NCBI GenBank assembly: GCA_015488555.1
Contig: WFNO01000086.1
Coordinates: forward strand, 467 to 64,466
DNA: 64,000 nucleotides
Source: Gammaproteobacteria bacterium
Lineage (GTDB): Bacteria > Pseudomonadota > Gammaproteobacteria > SZUA-140
Direction: 5' to 3'
Below the pieces are notes generated by a model. It was given only the letters and a program-made list of their open reading frames with translations, was not told the DNA's origin and did not search any database. This document shows positions 1-10,307 of the stretch, in pieces; position 1 is the stretch's first letter; each line of letters begins with the position of its first letter. The position numbers and the translations under genes were made by a program.

Positions 1-1412
1 TCCCCGTGGATTTTCGCCGCAACGTCATGGCGGCTGAACTACATGCCGAGTATGGAGACAAGGACAATGCGCATTTGGAGGCCGAACCTCGGCGCGTGAA
101 AGTGGCCGGCCGCATGATGCGCCGGCGCATCATGGGCAAGGCCAGTTTCGCCCACCTGCAGGACATGTCCGGCCAGATCCAGCTCTACATCCAGCGCGAC
201 GTGGTTTCGCCCGAGGTCTACGAGGCCTTCAAGGACTGCGATCTGGGCGACATCATCGGCGCCGAAGGCGTATTGTTCAAGACCCGTACCGGCGAGTTGT
301 CGGTGAAGGTGGAAGAGATCCGCCTGCTGGCCAAGGCCCTGCGGCCGCTGCCCGACAAGTACCACGGCCTGGTGGATCAGGAGCTACGTTATCGCCAGCG
401 TTATCTGGACCTCATCATGAACGAGGTCAGTCGCCAGACCTTCCGCACCCGCACCGCCATCATCGATTATCTGCGGCGTTTTCTCAGCGACCGCGGCTTC
501 CTAGAAGTGGAGACACCCATGATGCAGATCCTGCCCGGCGGCGCCGCGGCGCGACCCTTCAAGACCTACCACAACGCCCTGGATATTCCGCTTTATCTGC
601 GCATAGCACCGGAACTCTATCTCAAGCGCCTGGTGGTGGGCGGCTTCGAGAAGGTCTTCGAGATCAACCGCAATTTCCGCAACGAGGGGTTGTCCACGCG
701 GCACAATCCCGAGTTCACCATGCTGGAGTTCTACGAGGCCTACGCCGACTACCAGGACCTCATGGATCTCACCGAGGAAATGCTACGCGGTCTGGCCCAG
801 CACATCAAAGGAGACACCGTCATCCATTACCAGGGGCATGACTATGATCTCGGTCGGCCCTTTCGCCGCTATACTCTGAAGGAGGCCATCCTGGCCCATA
901 ACCCAGAGCTGATCGCGGCACAGCTGGAGGACCTTGATTTCTTGCGCGAACTCGCCGCGCGTTTGCAGATTCCGGTAAAGGACAGCTACGGTTTGGGCAA
1001 GCTCCAGCTGGAAATCTTCGAGAAGACGGTAGAGGAAAAGCTCCTGGATCCCACCTACATTACTGCCTATCCCACCGAGGTCTCTCCGCTGGCGCGGCGC
1101 AATGACGAAGATCCTTCCGTCACTGATCGGTTCGAGCTGTTTATTGCTGGTCGCGAGATCGCTAACGGATTCACCGAACTCAACGACGCCGAAGATCAGG
1201 CCGACCGCCTGCGTCAGCAACTCGCTGAACGCGAAGCTGGTGACGAGGAGGCCATGCATTTCGACGAAGACTTCATTCGTGCCTTGGAGCATGGCATGCC
1301 GCCCACCGCGGGAGAAGGTATCGGCATCGACCGCTTGGTGATGTTGTTTACCAATGCGCCTTCTATCCGTGACGTACTCTTGTTTCCCCACATGCGTCCC
1401 CGCGCCAAGTGA
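1..1412 (+). CDS. lysS: Lysyl-tRNA synthetase (class II), 5'-truncated at the window edge
   Basis: 468-aa ORF aligns along its full length with E. coli LysS ([14 protein letters not shown], class II motifs, C-terminal LFPHMRP). The true N-terminus lies about 40 aa upstream of the window. Confidence 0.9.
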   Translation, partial: PVDFRRNVMAAELHAEYGDKDNAHLEAEPRRVKVAGRMMRRRIMGKASFAHLQDMSGQIQLYIQRDVVSPEVYEAFKDCDLGDIIGAEGVLFKTRTGELSVKVEEIRLLAKALRPLPDKYHGLVDQELRYRQRYLDLIMNEVSRQTFRTRTAIIDYLRRFLSDRGFLEVETPMMQILPGGAAARPFKTYHNALDIPLYLRIAPELYLKRLVVGGFEKVFEINRNFRNEGLSTRHNPEFTMLEFYEAYADYQDLMDLTEEMLRGLAQHIKGDTVIHYQGHDYDLGRPFRRYTLKEAILAHNPELIAAQLEDLDFLRELAARLQIPVKDSYGLGKLQLEIFEKTVEEKLLDPTYITAYPTEVSPLARRNDEDPSVTDRFELFIAGREIANGFTELNDAEDQADRLRQQLAEREAGDEEAMHFDEDFIRALEHGMPPTAGEGIGIDRLVMLFTNAPSIRDVLLFPHMRPRAK

Positions 1413-1477
1413 TCACTGCTCTGCCGCCCCTCCTTACCGGGGAGTGGTGGAAGATGTGTCTGGGATGAAAACGGGGA

Positions 1478-2329
1478 TCAGTCCTGAAACAGGCTGCGGA
1501 TTTCGCCAATCTCGTCGCGTGCGTTGCGAATGATGTCGATGCTCTCTTCCGGAGTGAGGGCAAGGCGATGGAAGGCGGGGATGGCGGACCAGTCCTGCCG
1601 GGTCAGAGGGTGGTCGCTGCTTACGTAGCTGAGGAGATTGGCGACGATCACGACGTCGGTGAGATCAGTCTCTGTACGGGGATCGCGCATCAGGTCTTCG
1701 TGTTCCGCGGCCACCGAAATCAGGTCTTCGGTGAAGCGCCAGGTGCGCAGGATCAGTATGCCCACTTTGGTGTGGAGGACCGTGAGCAGCTTGTCCAGCA
1801 GCTGGTCGTCCGCCATGACCTCCGGTAAGAGTTCAGCGTATTCCAGGATGGGCAGTTTACCGATGTCGTGGATCAGACCGCCGAGCAGGGCCTGATCCGG
1901 GGGGATGTCGGTGAAATCGCGGGCGATCACATGGGCCAGAGCCGCCACGTGGACGCTGTGATCCCAGGTTTGCTCCAGGAACCGCCTCTTCGCGGGCGAG
2001 GACAGGCGATGGTGATAGAGCTGCTCCATGGCGATGCTGGTGATGACACTGCGCACGGCGCCGAAACCCAGGCGGGTGATGGCGCTCTTGAGATCGCGGA
2101 TCTTACGGCGGCCGCGGTACAAGGGGCTGTTGGCCACGCGCAATAAGCGGGCGGAGAGCACGGCATCGGTGCCGATGAGCCGGCTCAATTGCTGGGCGGT
2201 GACGCGACCGCTGTCGAGCAGGCGCCGGGCCCGCAGGGTAGTGTCCGGCAGTGTGGGCAGTTCCAGGCGATTGGACTTGATGTCCGAGACCAGGTCGTGC
2301 CAGAACTGTTCGATCTGCGGGGGGGCCAT
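1478..2329 (-). CDS. HDOD domain protein (HD-related output domain, signalling)
   Basis: ORF 1478..2587 trimmed to the internal ATG (MAPPQIEQ...). The GLIHDIGK motif and overall HDOD-like layout are present. The upstream 86 aa of the ORF-track product are Arg/Pro-rich and look non-coding. Confidence 0.65.
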   Translation of the reverse strand: MAPPQIEQFWHDLVSDIKSNRLELPTLPDTTLRARRLLDSGRVTAQQLSRLIGTDAVLSARLLRVANSPLYRGRRKIRDLKSAITRLGFGAVRSVITSIAMEQLYHHRLSSPAKRRFLEQTWDHSVHVAALAHVIARDFTDIPPDQALLGGLIHDIGKLPILEYAELLPEVMADDQLLDKLLTVLHTKVGILILRTWRFTEDLISVAAEHEDLMRDPRTETDLTDVVIVANLLSYVSSDHPLTRQDWSAIPAFHRLALTPEESIDIIRNARDEIGEIRSLFQD

Positions 2330-2507
2330 GGGCGGTGAGTTTCCGGAGCTGGAACGTGCGCTCGCGCGGTCCTGTCTCTTTGTATCGTTTCCGCGGGCGA
2401 ATCCTGAAGCCTGGCAGCCGTGGCCCTGGCAGCAGGTCAGTGTCCCCGTTGACGTTTCCCGGGCAGTGGGAATACAGACCGATGTAGACCGGATCGGAGC
2501 GGGGCGT

Positions 2508-3554
2508 TCAGGAGGAAGACCCGGCCTCTTCCGGGGAATGGACCACCATGGCGCGCGGGCCGCGGGGAGCGCCCACATGGAGCGCATGTCCGAGATGCTC
2601 GGCGACGATCACGGCCAGGGCCTCGCAGCCTCCCTCGGGGCTGGGGGCGGCGCGGACGAGATTGCCGGCGGCCTGACCGGCGGATCGGCCGTACAGGGGT
2701 GTGCCGGGGGCCGGCACTTCGTCGCTGTCCACGTGGAGGCGATGCATGCGCCGCTTGCTCTTGCCCCGGTAATGCAGGCGGGCCACCACTTCCTGGCCCA
2801 CATAACATCCCTTCTGAAAGCTGACGCCGTCCACCAGATCGAGGTTGACGTGCTGGGGCACGAACATGCCGGCGGTCTCCGGGCAGATCATGGGCAGGCC
2901 CGCGAGGATGTCCAGGTATTCCCAGACCGGGGCGCCCACGGGGGCGGCATGAACGTCCAGCACCGACCACAGCTTTTCCATAGCCTGGGGGCGGCCCTGG
3001 ATCACGAAGCGGGGCAGGGGGCCGGCGATGCGGGCCACGGTCAGCTCACCGGCGTGGACGACCTCGTTCACGGCGCCCGGCACCGAGCCGACGGCGGCCG
3101 CCAGTTCCGCCTCACTGTCGGGGCCCGAATAGCCCACCCGTGCCAGGCAGTCTCCGCCATCCTCCAGGGTGACCTTGGACAGGAGCACGTACTTGCGCAG
3201 GCGTTCGAGCGTGGGCTCCAGCAGCGAGCGGGGCAATTCCAGGTGATAGCCGCCCTCGTGGAAGAAGACCCGGAAGAGGGCCAGCAAGCGTCCCTGGGGA
3301 TTGCAGTAACCGCTCCACTGGCAATGTCCGGATTCGATTTGGGCGATATCGTTGGTGAGCTGGCCCTGCAGAAAGGTGCGGGCATCGTCACCGGTGACGA
3401 CGATGGTGCCCAGGTGAGACAAATCGGCCAGCAACGGTCCCGCCGTGGCGATGCGGATCTCGCGCTGGGGATTGCCGAAACTCGCCACCACGCCGTCGGC
3501 GAAGACGGCGCCCGCGTCTTCGAGAAAGGCTTGCCACCTGCTGTCCATGAGCAT
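2508..3554 (-). CDS. ygfZ: tRNA-modifying / Fe-S cluster repair folate-binding protein YgfZ (CAF17 family)
   Basis: Carries the KGCYVGQE motif and aminomethyltransferase-like fold signature, and aligns with E. coli YgfZ. Divergent from the sdh operon. Confidence 0.8.
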   Translation of the reverse strand: MLMDSRWQAFLEDAGAVFADGVVASFGNPQREIRIATAGPLLADLSHLGTIVVTGDDARTFLQGQLTNDIAQIESGHCQWSGYCNPQGRLLALFRVFFHEGGYHLELPRSLLEPTLERLRKYVLLSKVTLEDGGDCLARVGYSGPDSEAELAAAVGSVPGAVNEVVHAGELTVARIAGPLPRFVIQGRPQAMEKLWSVLDVHAAPVGAPVWEYLDILAGLPMICPETAGMFVPQHVNLDLVDGVSFQKGCYVGQEVVARLHYRGKSKRRMHRLHVDSDEVPAPGTPLYGRSAGQAAGNLVRAAPSPEGGCEALAVIVAEHLGHALHVGAPRGPRAMVVHSPEEAGSSS

Positions 3555-3651
3555 ACACCTCGATGCGGGTTTCGAGACGGTCGATCATAGCGGAAAAAGG
3601 GCTCGGGGGTAATACTGGATAAATGGCGGCCTTGCGCTACACTATGGGGCC

Positions 3652-4029
3652 ATGGACGAGCACAGCCGGCGCCCGGTCTTTCTCGATCTGACCCGCATCC
3701 ACTTCCCCGTGACCGCGGTGCTGTCCATCGGCCATCGCATCGCAGGCGTGGTCCTGTTCCTCGCCGTGCCCTTCGCCACTTGGCTGTTGCAGCGCTCACT
3801 CGGCGGCCCCGACGAATATCAGGCGGCGGCCGAGTTCCTGAACGGCGGGCTGGTGCGGGCCTTGTCGATCCTGCTCCTGTGGCTGGCGGCGCATCATTTC
3901 TATGCTGGGCTGCGCTATCTGCTCATCGACCTGGACCTGGGCGTGGAAGCGCGCGCCGCGCGGCGCAGCGCCTGGGCGGTCATCGCGGCGGCCTTGGCGA
4001 CCCTCTTCCTGGGTGTCTGGATCTGGTGA
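3652..4029 (+). CDS. sdhC: Succinate dehydrogenase cytochrome b556 subunit
   Basis: 125-aa membrane protein with SdhC-like helices (HRIAGVVLFL, AHHFYAGLRYL). First gene of an sdhCDAB cluster. Confidence 0.85.
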   Translation: MDEHSRRPVFLDLTRIHFPVTAVLSIGHRIAGVVLFLAVPFATWLLQRSLGGPDEYQAAAEFLNGGLVRALSILLLWLAAHHFYAGLRYLLIDLDLGVEARAARRSAWAVIAAALATLFLGVWIW

Positions 4030-4370
4030 TGAGCCGCCGCGCCGCAGGATTGCGTGCCTGGTTGTTGCAACGCATCAGCGCCGTCTATCTGGCCCTGTAT
4101 TTCGTCTATTTCCTGCTCGCCGCCCCTGCGGGTGAGGGGTTCGACCGCTGGCGGGCCTGGCTCGCCGAGCCCCTGCCGTGGCTGGCCATGGTCCTGTTCT
4201 TCGCCGCCCTCGCCGCGCACGCCTGGGTCGGGATGCGGGACGTGCTGGTGGATTACGTGCATCATGCTGGCCTGCGCCTGCTGCTGCTGAGCCTGGTGGG
4301 GGTGGTCCTGCTGGGGTCCCTGGCCTGGGCCTGGGCCGCGCTGGCTGGAATACAGGCAGGGTGGCCGTGA
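4029..4370 (+). CDS. sdhD: Succinate dehydrogenase hydrophobic membrane anchor subunit
   Basis: ATG at 4029 overlaps the sdhC stop (TGATG). 113-aa hydrophobic protein ([16 protein letters not shown]..., [14 protein letters not shown]), trimmed from ORF 3780..4370. Confidence 0.75.
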   Translation: MSRRAAGLRAWLLQRISAVYLALYFVYFLLAAPAGEGFDRWRAWLAEPLPWLAMVLFFAALAAHAWVGMRDVLVDYVHHAGLRLLLLSLVGVVLLGSLAWAWAALAGIQAGWP

Positions 4371-4383
4371 GAGGAGGCTGTCC

Positions 4384-6159
4384 ATGAGTGGTTACTCGGA
4401 CCTGGAGCGGCGCCGTTTCGACACCCTGGTGATCGGTGCCGGCGGCGGCGGCCTGCGCGCCGCCCTGCAACTGGCCCAGGCCGAGGCCTCGGTGGCCGTG
4501 GTGTCCAAGGTCTTTCCCACCCGCTCCCATACCGTCGCCGCCCAGGGGGGCATGAACGCGGCGCTGGCCAACGTGCTGCCCGACAACTGGCACTGGCACA
4601 TGTACGACACGGTCAAGGGCAGCGACTATCTGGGCGATCAGGATGCCATCGAGTACATGTGCCGCGCCGCCGCACGCCTGGTGATCGAGCTGGAACATTT
4701 CGGCGTACCCTTCTCGCGCCTGGACAACGGCCGTATCTACCAGCGCCCCTTCGGCGGGCAGAGCCAGAACTTCGGCGGCGAGCAGGCGGCGCGCACCTGC
4801 GCCGCCGCGGACCGCACCGGGCATGCCATCCTCCATGCCCTCTATCAGCAGAACATCCGCGCCAAGACCCATTTCTTCGACGAATACTTCGCCGTGGATC
4901 TGCTGCGTGACGATGAGGGGTACGTGCTGGGGGCCCTGGTGCTGTGCATCGAGACCGGCCAGCCCCTGGTGATCGAGGCCAAGACCACGCTGCTCGCCAC
5001 CGGCGGTGCCGGGCAGCTCTATCGCACCAACACCAATGCGCGCATCAATACCGGTGACGGCATGGGCATGGCCCTGCGTGCAGGCATCCCCCTGCAGGAC
5101 ATGGAGTTCATCCAGTTCCACCCCACGGGCATCGCCGGCAAGGGCATGCTCATCACCGAGGGCGCACGCGGCGAAGGGGGTTATCTCATCAACAAGGACG
5201 GCGAGCGTTTCATGGAGCGCTATGCCCCCCACGCTAAGGATCTGGCCAGCCGCGACGTGGTGAGCCGGGCCATCGCCACCGAGGTGCGGGAAGGGCGCGG
5301 CTGCGGTCCCCGCGGCGACTACGTCTTGCTCAAACTGGATCATCTGGGGGAAGCGGTCATCAAGAAACGCCTGCCCGGCATCTACGACATGGTGCGCACC
5401 TTCCTGCACATCGATCCGGTACACCAGCCCATCCCGGTGTTTCCCACCTGCCACTACACCATGGGCGGGATCCCGACCAACCGCTTCGGCCAGGTGGTGG
5501 TGCCGGAACGCCAGGGGCCGGAGGAACCCGTGCCCGGACTCTACGCCGTGGGGGAGTGTGCCTGTGTCTCGGTTCACGGCGCCAACCGCCTGGGGGGCAA
5601 CTCCTTGTTGGACATCGTGGTGTTCGGCCGAGCCGCCGGCAATCACATCATCGAATACCTGCGCGAATCGCGCTATCACCGGCGTCTGGACCGCGACAGC
5701 GTGGAGCGCGCTCTGGCGCGCCTGGCGCGCTGGGAGCGCAAGGGGGACGGGGAGACCGTGGATGCCCTGCGAGACGAATTGCAGCGCACCATGGAACACT
5801 ATTGCGGGGTGTTCCGCAGCGAGGAGGTGCTGGCCGAAGGCCTGGCCAAGGTGCGGGAATTGCGCCAGCGCCTGCAGGCGGTCACGCTGCGCGACCACAG
5901 CCGGGTGTTCAACACCGCCCGCATCGAGGCCCTGGAACTGGAGAACCTCATGGACGTGGGCCTGGCGGCGGTGCACTCGGCCCTGGCGCGCAAGGAGAGC
6001 CGCGGCGCCCACTCCCGTATCGACTATCCCCAGCGCGACGACACCCATTGGCTGAGGCATTCATTGTTCTTCCTGGAAGGGGAGCAGCTGGACTACAAGC
6101 CGGTGCGCATGAAGCCGCTCACCGTGGAACCGTTTCCTCCCAAAGAGAGAGTGTATTGA
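4384..6159 (+). CDS. sdhA: Succinate dehydrogenase flavoprotein subunit
   Basis: 591 aa with N-terminal FAD Rossmann fold ([13 protein letters not shown]), the covalent-FAD histidine region ([10 protein letters not shown]) and a C-terminal domain typical of SdhA/FrdA. Confidence 0.95.
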   Translation: MSGYSDLERRRFDTLVIGAGGGGLRAALQLAQAEASVAVVSKVFPTRSHTVAAQGGMNAALANVLPDNWHWHMYDTVKGSDYLGDQDAIEYMCRAAARLVIELEHFGVPFSRLDNGRIYQRPFGGQSQNFGGEQAARTCAAADRTGHAILHALYQQNIRAKTHFFDEYFAVDLLRDDEGYVLGALVLCIETGQPLVIEAKTTLLATGGAGQLYRTNTNARINTGDGMGMALRAGIPLQDMEFIQFHPTGIAGKGMLITEGARGEGGYLINKDGERFMERYAPHAKDLASRDVVSRAIATEVREGRGCGPRGDYVLLKLDHLGEAVIKKRLPGIYDMVRTFLHIDPVHQPIPVFPTCHYTMGGIPTNRFGQVVVPERQGPEEPVPGLYAVGECACVSVHGANRLGGNSLLDIVVFGRAAGNHIIEYLRESRYHRRLDRDSVERALARLARWERKGDGETVDALRDELQRTMEHYCGVFRSEEVLAEGLAKVRELRQRLQAVTLRDHSRVFNTARIEALELENLMDVGLAAVHSALARKESRGAHSRIDYPQRDDTHWLRHSLFFLEGEQLDYKPVRMKPLTVEPFPPKERVY

Positions 6160-6161
6160 GC

Positions 6162-6866
6162 ATGACCACCATGCGTTTCTCCATCTATCGCTACGACCCA
6201 GACCGGGACGAGCGGTCCTATATGAAGGACTATGAAGTCGACGGACTGGCGCCGGACATGATGCTGCTGGATGCCTTGCTGCGCATCAAGGCCGAGGACG
6301 AGAGCCTGGGTTTCCGGCGTTCCTGTGGCGAGGGGGTGTGCGGCTCCGATGCCATGAACATCAACGGCCGCAACGGCCTGGCCTGCATCACACCGCTCAA
6401 ACGGCTCAAGGAGCCGGTGGTGATCCGGCCGCTGCCCGGCATGCCCGTGATCCGGGACCTGGTGGTGGACCTCGGTCCCTTCTACCGCCAGTACCGGGCC
6501 GTCAAACCCTATCTCATCGTCAAGGACCCGGTGCCGGAAGTGGAGTTCCGCCAGACGCCGGAGCAACGCGACCGCCTGGACGGGCTCTACGAATGCATCC
6601 TCTGCGCTTGTTGTTCCACGGCCTGTCCTTCCTTCTGGTGGAATCCGGACAAGTTCCTGGGACCGGCAGCCTTGCTGCAGGCCTGCCGTTTCCTGGCCGA
6701 CAGCCGTGACCAGGCCACCGAGGAACGCCTCGACGCCCTGGAGGATGCCTCGCGCCTGTTTCGCTGCCACACCATCATGAACTGCACCGACGTCTGCCCC
6801 AAGGGGCTCAATCCCACCCGTGCCATCGGCCGTATCAAGCACATGATGGTCAAGCAGTACCTGTGA
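6162..6866 (+). CDS. sdhB: Succinate dehydrogenase iron-sulfur subunit
   Basis: ATG at 6162, 3 nt after the sdhA stop. 2Fe-2S motif (CGEGVCGSDAMNING), 4Fe-4S motif (CILCACCSTACP) and 3Fe-4S motif (CHTIMNCTDVCPK). Confidence 0.9.
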   Translation: MTTMRFSIYRYDPDRDERSYMKDYEVDGLAPDMMLLDALLRIKAEDESLGFRRSCGEGVCGSDAMNINGRNGLACITPLKRLKEPVVIRPLPGMPVIRDLVVDLGPFYRQYRAVKPYLIVKDPVPEVEFRQTPEQRDRLDGLYECILCACCSTACPSFWWNPDKFLGPAALLQACRFLADSRDQATEERLDALEDASRLFRCHTIMNCTDVCPKGLNPTRAIGRIKHMMVKQYL

Positions 6867-6867
6867 C

Positions 6868-7128
6868 ATGAAGGGCGTGGAAGCGGAGCGGGAGCGGGCG
6901 CGCATCCACTGGCAATGCCGGCGCGGCATGCGCGAACTGGATCTGTTGCTGGAGGCCTTCGTGCGCGAGCATTACGATGCCCTGGACGGCAGCCAGCGGC
7001 GGGCCCTGCAGCGCCTGCTCGAATGTCCGGATCAGTTGCTGTTGGATTATCTCCTCGGCCGGCTGGTGCCCAGCGACAGGGAAGTCGCCCATGTGGTGGC
7101 CAGGATCCGCGGAGCCCCTGCACATTGA
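6868..7128 (+). CDS. sdhE: FAD assembly factor SdhE (YgfY/DUF339)
   Basis: 86 aa with the RIHWQCRRGMRELDLLLEAF motif typical of SdhE. Starts 2 nt after the sdhB stop. Confidence 0.8.
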   Translation: MKGVEAERERARIHWQCRRGMRELDLLLEAFVREHYDALDGSQRRALQRLLECPDQLLLDYLLGRLVPSDREVAHVVARIRGAPAH

Positions 7129-7525
7129 GCCCGGGCCTTCCCGCTGGCTGACCGCCTATCTGCTCGGTGTGCATGCCGCCGCCCTCGTGCTCCTGGCCGG
7201 ATGGATCCGGCCGGCCTGGCTCGCCACGGGCCTGGCCGCCGTGGTGTTGTGGCGCCTGGCCGTGAACTGGCGTCGGCATGTGCAGCGCCGGGGAGAGCGG
7301 GTGGTGGTGCGTGCGGTGTGGCATGCGGACGGCCGCTGGGTGCTGGAGACGGCCGCTGGAAGCCTGGCCGCACGACTGGAACGAGACGCCTTCGTGCATC
7401 CGTTGCTGGTGGTGCTCAACTTCCGTACTCCGCAGGGGCGCCACGTCCTGATACTGTTCCGCGACGCCGTACCGGAGGCCGTACACCGGCGCCTGCGGGT
7501 GCGGTTGCGAGTGGAAGGGCCATGA
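7091..7525 (+). CDS. YgfX/CptA-like inner-membrane protein (partner of SdhE)
   Basis: Two predicted TM helices followed by an Arg-rich region, aligning loosely with E. coli CptA (YgfX). The only in-frame ATG (7091) overlaps sdhE by 38 nt; the true start may be a downstream non-ATG codon. Confidence 0.5.
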   Translation: MWWPGSAEPLHIEPGPSRWLTAYLLGVHAAALVLLAGWIRPAWLATGLAAVVLWRLAVNWRRHVQRRGERVVVRAVWHADGRWVLETAAGSLAARLERDAFVHPLLVVLNFRTPQGRHVLILFRDAVPEAVHRRLRVRLRVEGP

Positions 7526-7602
7526 AGAGCGGCCGGATCACCGGACTGGAATCACTGGGTCGGGATCGCCAAGTCGGAATCGCCAGAAAGGCAGGAGGAA
7601 AA

Positions 7603-9249
7603 TCAGTCGGCGCGGCCCGCGGCCAGCCGGCGGGCTGCCCCTCTGGGACCGGTGGAGGGCGCGAGGATGGTGTTGCGAGGAGGCGTCCCCCCATCGGGCG
7701 CGGGGTGATCCAGGGTGTAGTGGAGGCCGCGGCTCTCGCGCCGTTCCATGGCGGAGCGGATGATGAGTTCGGCCACCAGCACCAGGTTGCGCAATTCGAT
7801 GAGATCGCCGGTGATGCGGAAATTGCCGTAGTATTCCTCGATCTCCTGTTTCAGCAACAGGGTGCGCCGCCAGGCCCGCTGCAGGCGCTTGTCCGTGCGC
7901 ACGATGCCCACGTAGTCCCACATGAAACGGCGCAGTTCGTCCCAGTTGTGGGAGACTACCACTTCCTCGTCGGAGTCCGTGACCTGACTCTCGTCCCAGG
8001 GCGGAATGGCCGGTGGGCGCCCGCATCGCGGCAGCCGTTCCTGGATGTCCGCGGCGGCTGCGGCCGCGAACACCAGGCATTCCAGTAGCGAATTACTGGC
8101 CATGCGGTTGGCGCCGTGCAGCCCCGTCCAGGCGGTCTCGCCGATGGCATAGAGCCCGGGCAGATCGGTGCGCCCGCGCAGGTCGGTGACCACACCGCCG
8201 CACAGATAGTGGGCCGCCGGCACCACCGGCAGGGGCTCGCGGGTCATGTCGAAACCGAATTCCAGGCAGCGCCGGTGGATGTTGGGAAAATGCTTGCGGA
8301 TGAAATCCGCGGGCTTGTGGCTGATGTCCAGGTACACGCATTCCGCCCCCAGGCGTTTCATCTCGTGATCGATGGCGCGGGCCACGATGTCGCGCGGGGC
8401 CAGCTCCGCACGCGGGTCGAAGCGTTCCATGAAGGGGGTGCCGTCGGGCAACAACAGGCGCCCGCCCTCACCACGGACCGCTTCGGAAATGAGGAAGGAC
8501 TTGGCGCGGGGGTGATAGAGGCAGGTGGGGTGGAACTGGATGAATTCCATGTTGGCCACCCGGCAGCCCGCCCGCCAGGCCATGGCGATGCCGTCACCGG
8601 TGGCTACGTCCGGATTGCTGGTGTAGAGATAGACCTTGCCGGCGCCGCCGGTGGCCAGTACGGTGTGCGCGGCGCTGAAGACCTTCACTTCCCCGGCGTG
8701 CAGGTCCAGGACATAGGCCCCCAAGCAATCGGGGCGGTCCAGGCCCAGTTTGGCGCCAGTGACCAGATCGATGGCCAGGTGATGCTCGAAGATCTCGATG
8801 TTGGAGTGTTCCCGGACCAGTTGTTCCAAGGTCTTCTCCACCGCCCGCCCGGTGGCGTCGGCGGCATGGATGACGCGCCGGTGGCTGTGCCCGCCTTCGC
8901 GGGTGAGGTGGTAGGGGGTGGGATCGCCCGCCGGGCTTCGCGTGAAGGGAACCCCCAGGTCGATGAGCCATTGAATACATTCCCGCGCCCGGCTGACGCA
9001 GTATTCCACCACCCGTTCGTCACAGAGACCGGCCCCGGTGGCCAGGGTATCGGCGATGTGGGAGGCGATGGAGTCCTCGCGGTCCAGAACCACCGAGATT
9101 CCACCCTGGGCGTAGAGCGTGGCTCCTTCCTGCAGCGGTCCCTTGGACAGCAAGGCCACGCGGGCATGGGGCGCCAGGCGCAGGGCCAGACTGAGTCCCG
9201 CGGCGCCACTGCCGACGACGAGCACGTCGTGATGAAACGAATGACTCAT
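7603..9249 (-). CDS. nadB: L-aspartate oxidase
   Basis: N-terminus [26 protein letters not shown] matches E. coli NadB; full-length FAD-dependent oxidoreductase. The ATG at 9249 is preferred over the upstream TTG of the ORF track. Confidence 0.9.
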   Translation of the reverse strand: MSHSFHHDVLVVGSGAAGLSLALRLAPHARVALLSKGPLQEGATLYAQGGISVVLDREDSIASHIADTLATGAGLCDERVVEYCVSRARECIQWLIDLGVPFTRSPAGDPTPYHLTREGGHSHRRVIHAADATGRAVEKTLEQLVREHSNIEIFEHHLAIDLVTGAKLGLDRPDCLGAYVLDLHAGEVKVFSAAHTVLATGGAGKVYLYTSNPDVATGDGIAMAWRAGCRVANMEFIQFHPTCLYHPRAKSFLISEAVRGEGGRLLLPDGTPFMERFDPRAELAPRDIVARAIDHEMKRLGAECVYLDISHKPADFIRKHFPNIHRRCLEFGFDMTREPLPVVPAAHYLCGGVVTDLRGRTDLPGLYAIGETAWTGLHGANRMASNSLLECLVFAAAAAADIQERLPRCGRPPAIPPWDESQVTDSDEEVVVSHNWDELRRFMWDYVGIVRTDKRLQRAWRRTLLLKQEIEEYYGNFRITGDLIELRNLVLVAELIIRSAMERRESRGLHYTLDHPAPDGGTPPRNTILAPSTGPRGAARRLAAGRAD

Positions 9250-9484
9250 GGTCAGCGTCAAGGATACACTTCCTGGGCACGCCTGTCCGCCTGCAGACGG
9301 CGGGGAGTGGGGCTGGATGGTCGATTTCTTTGAAACGAGATGTAGAAATTCATGTAATTATATGATTATTCATGAGATAGCGCAAAGACTTCGTGGGTCT
9401 TTTTTGTTATCATGCATATTTCCGGGGTGTGCCAGGGAATTTTGTGATTGAATGAGAAAAGCTCATAAAATTAGGCCGGTTTCC

Positions 9485-9511
9485 AAACTTTGCCGATGAG
9501 GGTGTGTCTAT
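9485..9511 (+). promoter_or_regulatory. Candidate sigma-E-type autoregulatory promoter upstream of rpoE (AAACTT-N16-TCTAT)
   Basis: Resembles the E. coli rpoE P2 consensus GAACTT-N16-TCTGA. Located about 70 nt upstream of the rpoE start codon. Confidence 0.3.
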
Positions 9512-9577
9512 TTCTAATGAGCAACGGATGTGCCGCGGGGTTCATGGGCACAGCCGTTGCGGGAGGGATGAGCCCGA

Positions 9578-10153
9578 ATGGGCGATACAAATGCTGACCA
9601 GTATCTCGTTGAAAGAGTACAAAGAGGTGACAAGAAGGCATTCGACATCCTCGTACGCAAGTATCAACACAAGCTGGTCAAATTGATTGCGCGATATGTC
9701 TATGACCCCAACGAGGTCATGGACGTGGTACAGGAGACTTTCCTGAAGGCGTATCGGGCCTTGCCCAATTTTCGCGGTGACAGCGCATTTTATACTTGGC
9801 TGTATCGGATCGGTGTCAATACGGCCAAGAACTATCTGATCGCCCAGGGACGCAAGCCTCCGAGTTCCGACATCGACGCCGAGGAGGCGGAACAGTACGA
9901 AGGTGAATCGGAACTCAAGGATTATACGACTCCGGAAGGGATGTTGCTCAAGGACGAGATCGAGAAAACGGTCATCGAGACCATCCAGAACCTGCCGGAG
10001 GATTTGCGTACGGCCATCACCTTGCGGGAACTCGAGGGCCTGAGCTACGAAGAGATCGCCGAGGCCATGCAATGTCCAGTGGGTACGGTGCGCTCTCGGA
10101 TCTTCCGGGCCCGCGAGGCCATCAACGAAAAGTTGAAACCTTTGCTGGAATGA
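9578..10153 (+). CDS. rpoE: RNA polymerase sigma-E factor (sigma-24, AlgU)
   Basis: 191 aa, near-colinear with E. coli RpoE (LVERVQRGDKKAFDILVRKYQHK..., DSAFYTWLYRIGVNTAKNYL). Confidence 0.95.
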   Translation: MGDTNADQYLVERVQRGDKKAFDILVRKYQHKLVKLIARYVYDPNEVMDVVQETFLKAYRALPNFRGDSAFYTWLYRIGVNTAKNYLIAQGRKPPSSDIDAEEAEQYEGESELKDYTTPEGMLLKDEIEKTVIETIQNLPEDLRTAITLRELEGLSYEEIAEAMQCPVGTVRSRIFRAREAINEKLKPLLE

Positions 10154-10307
10154 ATGGTCTTATGGGTTAGCAGGATCCTTAAGGGGCCGGAAAAGGAAAT
10201 CTACAGCCAGTGAGCTGGAAATCGAATGACCGAAAGATGGACAGGCAGCTGGACCTCAGGTGAAGAAAGCTGATGAAAAGCCGAATGGAAACAATAAGGT
10301 GGCAGCC

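Noticed and set aside
2028-3590. 520-aa plus-strand ORF spanning the HDOD/ygfZ region
   Set aside because: Opposite strand of two well-supported genes (ygfZ with the KGCYVGQE motif). Product is low complexity.
4075-6060. 661-aa minus-strand ORF antisense to sdhA
   Set aside because: Entirely overlaps the strongly supported sdhA gene. Its product is low-complexity Ala/Gly/Arg-rich, which is typical of spurious antisense frames in high-GC DNA.
9248-9451. 67-aa ORF in the nadB-rpoE intergenic region
   Set aside because: Lies in the AT-rich divergent promoter region. No RBS and no conservation signal; more likely promoter or leader sequence.
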